A DNA stretch of 64,000 bases from positions 43,650,001 through 43,714,000 of the forward strand of contig NC_087251.1 of the NCBI RefSeq assembly GCF_037042905.1. Reading direction: 5' to 3'. Below the pieces are notes generated by a model. The model did no database searches. It saw only the letters and a program-made list of their open reading frames with translations, and was not told the DNA's origin. The DNA comes from Lytechinus pictus. Lineage: Eukaryota. Made by a program: the position numbers and the translations under genes. Below, piece after piece: positions 1-12,500 of the stretch; positions within the stretch are counted from its first letter, which is position 1, and every line of letters starts with the position of its first letter.

Positions 1-286
1 GTTTAATACTATATGGTTCAGTCAAGTTGGTCCTTATTGTCAAATCTAAAAAAAATGAAATATTGTATAATTCAAACAATAAAAAACAAAAGAAATACTG
101 AGTGATTGACATCATCGACTGACTCACCTAGTTGTGCATATCACTGTTTTGTGAAAAATAAGCAAAACTTTAAAATGTCATAACTTTCTTATTTTACATC
201 CGATTTCGATGAAATTTTCAGCACTATGCTAGTTTGATTTTTCTCTGTTTATTAAAATCAACATTTTCCTGGGGTGGACTTGACCT
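1..286. mobile_element. Right end of a TTAA-flanked (Kolobok-like) MITE, truncated by window start
   Basis: Ends GGACTTGACCT followed by TTAA (287-290); subterminal sequence (cataactttctt...gattttt) resembles the right ends at 13196, 38911 and 57455. Confidence 0.6.
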
Positions 287-1568
287 TTAATACATCAATC
301 TCTGACCCCCCCCCCCTTCAAAACCAGGCAAACTGTACAACAAAGAAAATCTATAACTACCTCAGGACGTATTTTGCACAATACCAAATGGAGATATACC
401 TTATGTATATTGCCTCAACACAACTGGGAAAACAAAAACAGAGGAAACAGAATGATCCAATTTGGGGTGAAAAGCATTTTCATTTAGCACATCAAAGAGC
501 AGAACGCTGTAATATAACAGGACAATAACACCTCTACCTAAGGGCATGGATCCTAAGGGTAGAAGATGGATCCATAATGGCTTTGAAAACAAACACACGG
601 AAGCCTTCTCGGAGTCTAATAAATAATCAACCAACTAATATCTCTATTTCATTGCTGCATTACCCTTTTTTCTAAGACCTGAGGAGAGTTGAAAGAGGCA
701 ACATGTCAGAGATATTCATTGACAACTGTCATAAGCTACTGATATCCTTGTTTCTGATTGGTGGAAGGAAATTTCTAAGAGCAATCAACTGACAAGACAC
801 TTCACGACAGTTATAAATTCTTTATTAAATTCAATATGAGTTTATGATTGGGTTTTATCAATGAGTAGCGAACAGTAATCTTTATCATTTCGAAACAATT
901 TGAAAATGCAATTAGAGAATTCAATTTGAAGAGGAACATGTGTAAAATTGAAGAATTGCATATTTCACTTGGTTTTGATGAGGATTAAGTACTTTGCATT
1001 GATAATAGAATTTAATTTCAATCAAATCCTACTGGAACGAAATGGTTTCTCATTAGATTGAGGCTGTAATCTACTGGAACTAAAAACCATGTTTCATAAA
1101 TAAGAGTCTCATTCTTCATCACATTCAACTTCATTCCTGTATATGATTATAATTCAGATTCCCATTTTGTTCTGGATATTTCAGAATAATGATTAAGTTA
1201 AGCATACCATACACCCAGTTTAAGGAAATAATAGCTGAAGATGTGACACGCACTGAATACTAAAACTTCTCTGTGACAAGGGCTATAAATGCCACATATA
1301 GATAAATGATAAATGTTTTATTACGTAGCCTGCGAATAGTTATTTTCATATCAAAATTATATTCATATCAAAATCTGAGTGATTGAATAATGCCTATTTC
1401 TATGTAATAGATCTATATCTAATTTTGTTATAAAGGCGTTTGTTAAGAGTTTAATTTTCACTTTTTAATTTAAAAAACTATTATTTTGAACCATGGGGAA
1501 AATTGGTAAAATGGATGGGGTTACGCTAAACCTCAACATATATCCCCAAAGATTTCATCTATGGAAAG

Positions 1569-3022
1569 CAACCGCGTAGCCAGGATTTCATTTTGGAGGG
1601 GGCGGTAAATGCACGCGAAGCGTGCCAACACTTACAGAGCGCGCGAAGCGCGCTCCCTAGGGGGGTGGGTGCAGGGAGGGGGAGTTTCCCCCTCCCTTGC
1701 GAAGCGCGAAGCTTTTGGTGTTTCATAAATTAAAATGAAAAGGAGCCGTCTCTCTTGTCTCTAGTACCTATATCAGCTCCAATTCAGTTGACTATATTGT
1801 GATTTTGAACATTGTTTTCAAGTGATTGTGAACGCACAAAAAGGAATACAATTAATGGAGGAAATTAAAATCATAATAACCTCGCGCGAAGCGAAGCGCG
1901 GAAGCTAAAGCGTTTTATCAATTTTTTGCCATGAAAAGGGTCCCGAGAAAAGGGTATTCTCAAAGATATATTGAATACTTCCCTTGGAAAGATCAGATTT
2001 GATTACAAACAATTTAGCGACAGTGCATATCTTTAACTCGCAAAACAGAGGGAAAGAAGTGTATATGCCGGGAGGAAGATATCCCCCCCCCCCCCGCAGA
2101 GCAATAAGACTCTGAAATTTCAAAGGGCGGACGTTTCATCAAATGCAGATATCTCTAATACCCCATCGTCTCTAATTCAATTGATTTCTTAAGATTATTG
2201 AACTTCATTACAAGGAAAATAGTGTGCAAAAAGTTGAAACTTCAGTGATTTATTGAAATTATATAAAAAAGGATGCCTAATTTCTTTGACTTATCCTGAA
2301 GCGCTTTATTTTGAATTATAAAGAAACCTAAGTGTCATTCAAAATTTCAGACTGAGGGCGAAGAACAGGACAGGAGATGAATGTGCAGGGAAATAACATG
2401 AAGATTAATAGAATTTGAAAAAAAATATTGTACTTTTTTATTCAATACGACACGAATTTTATACATTCCTCTTTTTAAATTAGGAACCTGTTTGCCCCAA
2501 ATTATGGTTGTTTAGTAATGAGCTGAAAAGCGGGAGAAGTTGACTTCATGGAGGTGACGGCAGAAATTGATATAAAGATTTTACCCGCCCGGACCCGACC
2601 CGACCAGAAGTTGCGCGATCAAAAAAAAAAAGATAACTTCATATACTTCGGCCTAACCTTACTCTAATTCCATGCCCTAATGTATACATTTGAACTTTAA
2701 CTGGCAAGAAACACATATAGCTGAGGTGGAAAAGCAGGGTTAGAGAAAGGGTGGAGGAAACAATGGAGAACTTCAATATTGTCATTTAACCGCGCGCAGC
2801 GCGGAAGCAAAATTCATATATAAATTTAGAGCAAGAGTGAAGGAGTTTCTCTTTTGAGAAAAAAAAAAGAAAGAAAAAAAAAAACCGACAAAGCTACCTT
2901 TCTTTTCTTTCCTCCTTTCCCTTTTCCTTTTTTCCTCTCTTTTTTCCCCTTCTTTTTTTTCTTTTTGGGGACGTTTTGGGGGGGGCGACCGCCCCCACCG
3001 CCCCCCCCTGGCTACGCGCCTG
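1569..3022. mobile_element. Non-autonomous hAT-type DNA transposon
   Basis: TIRs CAACCGCGTAGCCAGG / CCTGGCTACGCGCCTG (14 of 16 match), perfect 8-bp TSD ATGGAAAG (1561-1568, 3023-3030), internal GCGCGAAGCG repeats, no transposase ORF. Confidence 0.85.
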
Positions 3023-5269
3023 ATGGAAAGATATATCAGACAAAGAGTGATGTAGTTTTCATACACCATCTTAACCAAACATTCCACAACGGGTGTAGAT
3101 TAATCACCAGGCAACTGCAAACAAGCCAGAAGTCTAAGAGCACTTTGATTACAGCATTATCAAACACACATACTGGTAATAGTGAGAACTAATTGAACCA
3201 TGCCCTGCCATCATTTAAATATGGAACATTAAATGTATTAAATAATACGAAAAACTAAATACAATTATAAAGGCATCTACAAATCGTTATTTGGTTATCT
3301 CAATCTAACTTTTAAGAATTCAAATGTCATTGTCACTACAGGAGTGTGTAGTGATGCTATATTCTCTCGTACAATCTTCATCAAGAGTCTGATTATCAAG
3401 ACTATATCACCAACAGTGGTATTTGTTTCCCCAGAAGGTGTGACTCACCGCCCCGCTCACCGCTAATAGTAAAGTAATTTCATTGCTCTCCAACTTCTCT
3501 CCAAGAATATCTTCTTGGAAGTAAAGATAACTTTCATTCTCATAGTCAGAGTGATGGAGTGAAGTACTCATCACAAACAGTTGCAGAAAGTTTAAGTCAA
3601 TTGTTACTTGTGGACAACGACAAAGGCCCAATTTGATTGTTATCTGAAGGTGCATCGAAGTATAACTGAAAGTACGACTGAAGTTTATCACCAGTGTTGG
3701 AGATTAACTGAATAAAGCAAAAGTTTGTTTTATTTCAACAAGTCGAGTCCAGCATTGATTGATTCTTTGTGCCTTGTGAATTACAATAGTTGGACATAAT
3801 TAGACGAAACTCCTTTGTAGAAAGTTTTACGAAGGCAGTCACAGATATTAAAATATATTTACATCAATAATTTAGATGCACCTACCTGATTTATGCTAGT
3901 TTAGGCCTTTAAATCGCAACTGGAATATATTGTACACAAAGTCTTGCACAATAGCGCCATCTCCCAGTGACATGGAGTCGTGCACTTACCTTTGACCCTT
4001 TGCGAAAGGTCGCTTCGAATTCCTTAATGTGCAATTAAAGTTCTTCAAAAAAAAATGATCCCCTAGAAGATATATGTTCATACATCAACCAAATGATATG
4101 TCAACCGTTCACAGCAATTGCTATATTTTAGGGTTCAACTTATTGCTAAATAGTCAAAATAAAACCTGCAGGTTCCCTTTTAAGATGGACAGGTGACTGA
4201 AAATGATTTTAAAGTTCAAGGCATTTTACTCATAAGGACTCTGTCGAAGCCAACTATATTAAAAATAGAATCCCAGGCACCATACACACTAATGCAGAGG
4301 AACATGCATTGTTATGAATGGATTCACCTTTTAATGTCTTCTTCTTCTTCCCTGAGCTAGTACTCCCCTTTCGCCTCCCTCCCTCCGTTCTTTTTATCTA
4401 TAAAGCACCATCTCTTTGATCAAGTTATTCCCTCTTCAGTACATTTCATGATGGAAACTCCAATTTTCTGCTGTGCTGACTCTATTCGTTCTATTTTTAG
4501 CCACAGCAAAGCCTTCTGAAGACACACAAGTCAATATCAGCACTTGCAGTAATATATCTAGATATGAAAATTCATCGTTTTCATTTCTCCCGTATGAAAG
4601 AAAACATATATGTGAAAGCCAGAATATATTTTCGAAATGCCAGAGGTACCCTTCATTGAAATGATTTCATTGAGAAATACAGTACTGATTTTATTTACAA
4701 GAACATAACCAGAATATCATTTGAAGCAATATCATTTTGATAAAAACATATTAACAGGCCTACGTGTATAAATGTTAACACTTCATTGTATTCAATTGTT
4801 ATTCTATTTACATTTATATTTCTGAATGCCATGTGTGAGTGTGTATTTCTTTTTTCTATTGTTTTGTTTTGTATTTTAAACATGTTATTATGTATATACT
4901 TAAGAAACATTTAATGTAAATTTTATTACCTTTGGGAAGAACCCTGCAAGGCCTTTAGCCTTTGTCATTTCCCACCACATTATGATTTCGAACTGAATAT
5001 GTTTCACTTAAATGTTTTATTATTGTATAAATCTATCTGCATATGAATTTGTACTTGTCTTTTTAATCAGATGTGGAAATAAATTTGAATTGAAATTGAA
5101 TTGAATGATTTCTGTTCAAATAATTTCTTCAATGAAACAATGTTTTAAAGTTGCTCATGGCTAAAATCATGTATGTCCAAAAGGGTGGCTTTTAGTCTAC
5201 ATAGTAATTAATGTATGCAAAAAAAGAATATAGTATCCTTCTAAAATCTCTTCAGCCTATGAATATAAT

Positions 5270-5500
5270 AATAATAATAATTAACATCATTTATATAGCG
5301 CTTATCACAAAGAATGTCTCTAAGCGCTAAAGAAAAATAAATAGAAAGACAAGAAATTTCAGCAAAAAATTTAACTATACATGTTGACAGTTGAAAGTAG
5401 ACAGTTGAAGCTGCATATGCTAAGGATAGATTTGAATTTGTCAGTTGAGTCTGCTTGTTTTATGCTCTGAGTTAGGTTGTTCCAAAGTAATGCAGATATC
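5270..5500 (-). mobile_element. 3' fragment of L2/CR1-type LINE
   Basis: Minus strand has a ..WNNL.. end-of-ORF2 relic, then an AGCGCT..AGCGCTATATAAA stem and a (TTA)n tail, as in the LINE copies at 33733 and 52740. Confidence 0.55.
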
Positions 5501-5644
5501 ACAATAAGCATTTACATAGCAGTAAATAAAATGTTTTAGAATGCTGCCTACTATTATCCTGGCCTGTTTTAAGCATGGCTACCCTGATTGGGACTTCAAG
5601 CTCTCAAGGAATTCCTGCCTACTGGGTACCCATGTACTACACTG

Positions 5645-5978
5645 GGGGGCGTTTCATGAAAGTACTTGTCGGACGTTTTATCCGACAAGTCCCATTTTAT
5701 CCGACAGTTACCATAGTAACAGTACCTCTCAGCCAATCAACATCAGAGAAAGATGTCAGATCTGACAACTTGTCGGATGAAAATGTTGATGAAACGCTCC
5801 CCTGGTGGGTGTTTCATAAAGCTGTTCATAAGATAAGAACGACTTTAAGAACGACTGGTGATCCTTTCTTTTGGTAAATGGTATACACCATAGACGATGG
5901 TTTAGCGCGTAAGAAAGGATCACCAGTCATTCTTAAAGTCCCTCTTAACTCACGAACAGCTTCATGAAAGGGCCCCCG
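5645..5978. mobile_element. Two abutting short palindromic MITEs (family A 5645-5801, family B 5805-~5975) sharing a CTG junction
   Basis: TIRs GGGGGCGTTTCAT/ATGAAACGCTCCC and GTGGGTGTTTCAT/ATGAAAGGGCCCC with CWG-type flanks; same pair recurs at 62247-62557. Confidence 0.75.
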
Positions 5979-7834
5979 GGTTGAGAGATAAAACTATCAC
6001 TATTCTACTGCTTAAATAAATTGTAATATCTGCACTCAATAATTCTTATTTCATCCCTGCCTACCGAAAGCCATTCTAAAGGTATTATAAAACTTGGAAC
6101 ATATTGTCTCTCCCTTTTTATTTCAAATCTCACAAGCCTTTATTTGTCTGCAGACACAGACTCAAATTTGACATTTTACCCAATTATTCCATGTCTAGAG
6201 TAAAAACTAGATGCCAAACTCTCTGTCTAAATCAAATAAGAGGTAGAGGCAGCTACAGAATATGGTGAATCTAGTCTCATTCCTTCACACTTTGTATTAT
6301 GTGCTATGCCAATTGCGAAAAAAAAAAAAGTCTGTGTCTACAGACTAAGCCTTTATAATCATATCATCTTTGTAAATGACACTTTTAATGAGACAAGGGA
6401 GAATTGTAAGGCAGGGAAAAAAGATGCACTTGGCAATCCCTTATAGTTAATACCAAGGTCTAACCTCAATGAGAGAGCACTTAATTCAATCACACGTGCC
6501 CTGTTAGCATAATCACGATTTGATTTCTGTTGCCATGGTTACGGAGGAGTCTAGTCAGGCCAATGGGTGTGATGATGAGGCTATCCCTTCCAAGGTCACA
6601 TTCTCGAGGAGGAGCTCCGTAATTCTGAAGAGCATTTTCATTGCAATGAATTCATTACCAATCATCTGTTGTGATATTATGCATTGCAAGGAGATTATTG
6701 CACATACCTCGACATTCCTAATTTTCAAACCGAATTAGAAAATTGAATTACATACTCTATAGACTACACTGTCATTACTAGGTATATAAAGGAGACTCGG
6801 ATAGAAGGCTTTGTGAGAAACCACAGGAAAATATTTTTTGCCATTTTGTACCAGACAGCTATCTATTCTAATCAACAGAAAATCTGTACAACCATCTATA
6901 AATTCATCCAATATCATGACAGACAAATCTATCACAATTCGTGATACACAGCTAGTCTTGAAGAATGATATAGAAAAGGCACGTGTACTTTACAAAGCAA
7001 ATAAGAACTTTCCCTCTAAACTTCAAGTAAGTTACTATGATTATATGACAACGTTCACATGGAGTTATTTGCACATACTAATACATATGTCTTTTAGAGA
7101 CTAATGTGATTAAATTCATGGGTATTTTTCTAATTGATGTGTTAAAATGTATCATGGTGTTAAATGAAATAAGAAAACCAAGAAAAACCTGGATACATCT
7201 TTTTTACGGCAAAGAGGCAGGAAAATCGACCAGGTAGGGCATTGGCAAGGTCTGTGGTAACATGACTACAAATGACATTGGATTTCTTTCAGGCAATAGC
7301 TTAAATGAGAATGAACGGTGCCTGGTTGCCAAGATAATCATCTGCCTAATGATACCTCCTTTGATACTCTTCTCCATCAAAGCACACACTTTATTAACTA
7401 CCGGTATTCCAGATGCAGTTATGGAGAACATGAAATGTACAGCAGCTTCTGGTGAAAGCCTGGGTAAAAAAAAACTCCTTCTGTTGAGGGCATATCAATG
7501 TGCAGTTGAATTGACTGAAATGTGTATTGGAGTTTTTTTTTTCCCTGAAGATCTGACCTTTATGACCTATATGACATTTTGCAGATGCTTTTAATAGATT
7601 TTCATAAATAGCTACCACTTTACAATATCATAAAACCTCTCGATTGAATGGAAGAACGATGCTTCAATTGAGCTTCATATGGAAAATTACATTATTTTAA
7701 AGGACGAAGACAAAAAAAATGCATTGAAGAGAATGGATTGGATTGCTATGAAGCATGTTTGTAAACAATACAAGATATAGTCGCCGCTAGTTTACATCTG
7801 AACACAGTGAAAGATGCGGTATACCTTCTTTGCT

Positions 7835-7945
7835 GCTACCGTCACACCAAGGGAACCGACACCAAATCGACCATGGTATGCCATTGGGAAGAGCGTACTA
7901 ACATTTGTCAGCCTGGGAGCGGTTTCGTCGGTGTGGCTGTTGCCT
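7835..7945. repeat. Short hairpin-ended interspersed repeat (relatives at ~13640-14105 and 42159-42266)
   Basis: GTCACACC...GGTGTG(G/A)C ends and shared core GACC(G)ATGGTATG(C/T)CATTGG. Confidence 0.6.
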
Positions 7946-8288
7946 AATACGGATCTGACGTTTGGATGACTGACTACCGCCAGCACAGAACGGTCCATTT
8001 GAAATGACATTTTGTGGAGCCACGAGCACTCTTCAACTATCCCAAATCAGATCCTGGGGGCACTCTTCGGTCCGCTTCACTGGATTGTCTAATGGGGCTC
8101 CACAACAAATCCAAATATATCACAGTCTTTTCAATGATAGACAGAGATGGCAGACAAGAGACCCAATGAAAACAGATCTGAGTACTGATCGATGATCCTG
8201 TATGCTGATCCCTTAACTCCTGCATTGTTTATGTCTGGATAATCTAATTTACCCCTCCCTGTCTTTCCCCTTTCTCAATATCTCTGAC

Positions 8289-8682
<394 letters not shown>

Positions 8683-9380
8683 CAGTTCATTTTACCCTAT
8701 CAAGGATGAATCTCATACAGGTTGCATCTGTCACACATTTCACATTTCTTGCAAACTATCTCTTCCCCCCCCCCCCCCATTAGTCTTGGCTTCTCCATTT
8801 GATATTTATTACATAAGAATCCAAAATTCTTGAACTCGAAAGGTTACACTGAGATCATGATGTAGAATACTTATTCCATGCTTTCAACCTCTTCCACAAA
8901 TCCTTCCCCTATCCCACCCCAAACACACCCATAAAAATGGATCTAGAGTAAATAGGATTACCCCCCCCCCTCACCCTGTATACCATGCATACAAGGGAGA
9001 TGCTTCAGGGGGCAGGGGCAACTGCCCATGTATGATTTGTCAGGTACAGAAAGAAAGAGGAAGAAAAGTGAGGCCAAAAAATAGAAGATTGTAAAAAAAA
9101 AATGTCCATTGCCCCCCCATCAATACATCCTTCCGCCATTCATGCAAACATATAAAATGTTCTAGGACGAAATAGATAAAACCATTTCAAGATGATAGCT
9201 AGGCCAAGTCAGATTGACATTTACCGGCTTTTCTCTACGACACAAAGAAATGAATAAGGGCAAATCATAAATGCACACCCTTCGAGTTCAACTCATGCAA
9301 AAAACTATAACACTTGAATGGCGTAATTGGATCTACATCCTTTTGGCAATGGGGGGGGGCTTTTCATTTGATATGCATAC

Positions 9381-9516
9381 CTTGCCCGAGGGAAGTCCTA
9401 GCTCATCCAGCGACTTGAAGACAATCTTCTCTGTCTTGCCCGATGCAAACGTTCTTGTGAGATTCCGTACTGGTATTCTGCCGTTGGGGTTGACTTGAAA
9501 GCAAATTTTCATCCAG
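9381..9516 (-). CDS. PLCB4: PLCB4 coding exon (136 nt, phase 2/0): (H)[45 protein letters not shown]
   Basis: Acceptor cctcctctttcag|CTG, donor AAG|gtatgc; strongly conserved [11 protein letters not shown] and LGLPSGK. Confidence 0.95.
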
Positions 9517-12500
9517 CTGAAAGAGGAGGGAAGCAAATAGGGATTGCAGTTTCCATGGCATCGCAATATTAAATCATTTCATCGTTTGCAAGTGCTCGAA
9601 AAAGTCATCCTACCAATTAAAAAAAAGCTTTAAGAGGCAATTACACTTTGGATCATTATAAAATAAGGTAGAACAATATCTACTGTTCATAATATCATAC
9701 CCAGTCATTTCTAAGTCATTGTCAGAGAATTTCCTTCAACTGTAAAAGTGTTTGAGAATGCTTTGATAATTCCTTTTATAGTTATACTTACTGCTAGTAT
9801 GAAAGAAATGAGTAATTATGCTTTTTAAATGTAACAATATAGCACAGATTTCTGGATTGTTAGGAAGTTTCACCGAGATTTTACAGTGTGCACATCTCAT
9901 GCTTGAGTGAACCCTAAACTTCAAACATTTTTTTTCCCTGTTTATTACTGCATGTGAAACTCTCACTGAAACATTTCTATATCATTTCAAATACTTAGAA
10001 CGGTTATTGTTGATCAATTTTGACATTACATATATGCCTCTCTAAAGCTTAAATTGTGCTTTTTCAAGCTCAATTCAAATCATGAAATTCATACTACGCG
10101 ACTTATTCTTGGTTTGGATTGGCTGGTCACATACTGTTTTAAATACTTACTGTTTCTTTAAACTCTGCATTGGACACACATTGTTAGCTTTGACATTGTG
10201 AGTGATTGTAAGTAATCCATCAAACCACACCTGAAAGAAATTTAAAAAAAAAGAAACAAACAGGAAGATATCAATAGGTTATTACATTAAGGTGGATTAA
10301 TATAACATAACTATGGAAAGCAAAAAAGGACAAAATGTATTTTAGAATATATCTGAGGGAGGGTGTGATGAAAGGTCATTTAGTTTTCTATCCTTGCCAT
10401 TAAATTGTTTGTACCAAAACTGGATTGGGGAATATGAGAAATTAGAGGGTCTTGGTCAACTAGGCACTATGGACAACTCAGCCCTGCTGAAGAATTAGAT
10501 GCTGCGTTGCCCAATGGGGTGTGAATCGACTGGGCAATGATTATTATAATCCCTAGGAAAGTTAAAATGTGCATTTTCAATCAAGTTACATCCCCATAGG
10601 GTTCCTAATATATTGTTTTCAGCATTGAAACTAATAATGTTAAGCTAGTGATAAGCCCTTGATACCTGTACGGGACAGGGCAGTTCAATGTTGCTAAAGT
10701 CTAAATCTAAAGATATGCACAACTCAAAATGAACCAATTTAATTATTCTGGAATGAATAAATTGTGATCCTGGAATGAATGGGAATTATTATTAGAACAG
10801 ACTTTTGATTTTTTCCCCCTCTTTGGAGTACTGTAAAAATAGTTTAATTCTGATCTAAAACTATAAGGAAAAAGAGGTATTCCTAGATTAGCCAAATGCA
10901 TATCCTGTTGTCGATTTTTATTTCTATATGTGGCATTTTAAAATGCCGATTCTGAGTGGTATGAAGCAGAGTACATACATACCAATAGGTGGTTTCAGAC
11001 CGCCTCGAAGTTCGTCAGTTCCAGGTATTCTATGATCGGGAAATTTACCCCGATCAGAAAATACCAGGTATTTTGGTAATGTGAAAGCAAACTACGCGTA
11101 ATTTCCCCGAAAGAAAATACCCGCTAAATAGTAGGTACTTGGCGAAATTACGAGAACTTTCGCGGGGATTTTGGCAATGTGAAAGCAATTTACGGGAACT
11201 TTTAGCCCAGCGTGCCGTTGGGCGCGGGTGCCGTGGGTGGCTGCTGGGCTAGTGGTTTTGAATCTCGCGCCTTGCCTGCTTATTAGACCATACTGCGCAT
11301 GCTCCTAACTTCAGGAATTTACCCCGAAGGGTATGTTTCGGGGCAGTGTGAATGCAGGAATAATTAATGGGTATTTTTTAGCCTAAAAATGTTCTCGTAA
11401 TTTAACGGGGATTCTTGAGATCGAGGCGGTTTGAAACCGCCTAAAGAGAAGTTTAATTAACTATTTGACCCAGCGATGTAATGACCCATGCAAGTTTATT
11501 GCCAGAGGGTGATCAAACTAGCCCACTTATATTTCACGCTGACACGACATTTGCTCCTGCGACGATTGCTCCAGTCTTTATTTCATCCAACATATAGCGT
11601 TCGGGCTAGGGTCGCAATAGGGTTTTAAGGTTGAGGGTTAGGTCCAGGATAGGGCAAACTGTTGAATCCAGGGTCGAAGGTGGCGATTCCATTAGCGTGT
11701 GGAATTCACAGAGGAGCAATTGTCGCCGGAGCAAATGTCATGGAACCATATTTCACAGCATCACTGAATCTATATTGAAGGTTCGAAATCCTACACACAG
11801 GTGACTCTACCACAGTCAAATCTCTTGGGATCACAAGAGTCTGTTCAACTTTGACAAAATTTGACAAAGAAAATTTAAATAACACAATATGTTTCACATA
11901 TTCTCGTCTGAAAAAATGATTCGAGTTCGGTGATTATTCGACTATGGTGAGTCTACTGTGTAAAGGTTGCATTCAATCTGCACCTTTTTTACCCTATTAT
12001 CAGTTTTCAAAGTGTTCCAATCGAACTAGGTTGCATTTAATCCATAAATAGTTTGTCTGGAAAATAAACTTCTTTCAAAACACAATCACAAAATTCTCAC
12101 AGATTTTGAAAAGCACTTTGGTAAAACCACTGACAAAAAAAAGTTATTAAACACAATATAGATTTCAATAATGAACCCAAAGTCAAACCTTCTACCAGTT
12201 TGGACATGAATTCCATACACCGAAAGATTAACCTGTGTATACATACTTCTTAGGTTAAAGTAATTTATCTGCATCATGAGGTGGGTGGCAAGGGAAACAA
12301 TATTTTTTCTTTTACATTTACATGCTACTTTTCATAACCTTCTGCCTAAATCTGCTACATCAATTGGTAAAGCTTTCACATTGAAGTGAATGCAGATTTC
12401 CCAGGACTCTTCTTTAGCACTTCGGGGGCAAAATTGCCCCGAGCCCCTGCGATTGTGATTTTGTTATTCTTTTTGTATTCTATCCAAAGAATTTTGAATG

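Noticed and set aside
11600..11660. Interstitial telomere
   Set aside because: Only a few degenerate GGGTTA units, internal to a TIR-bounded MITE.
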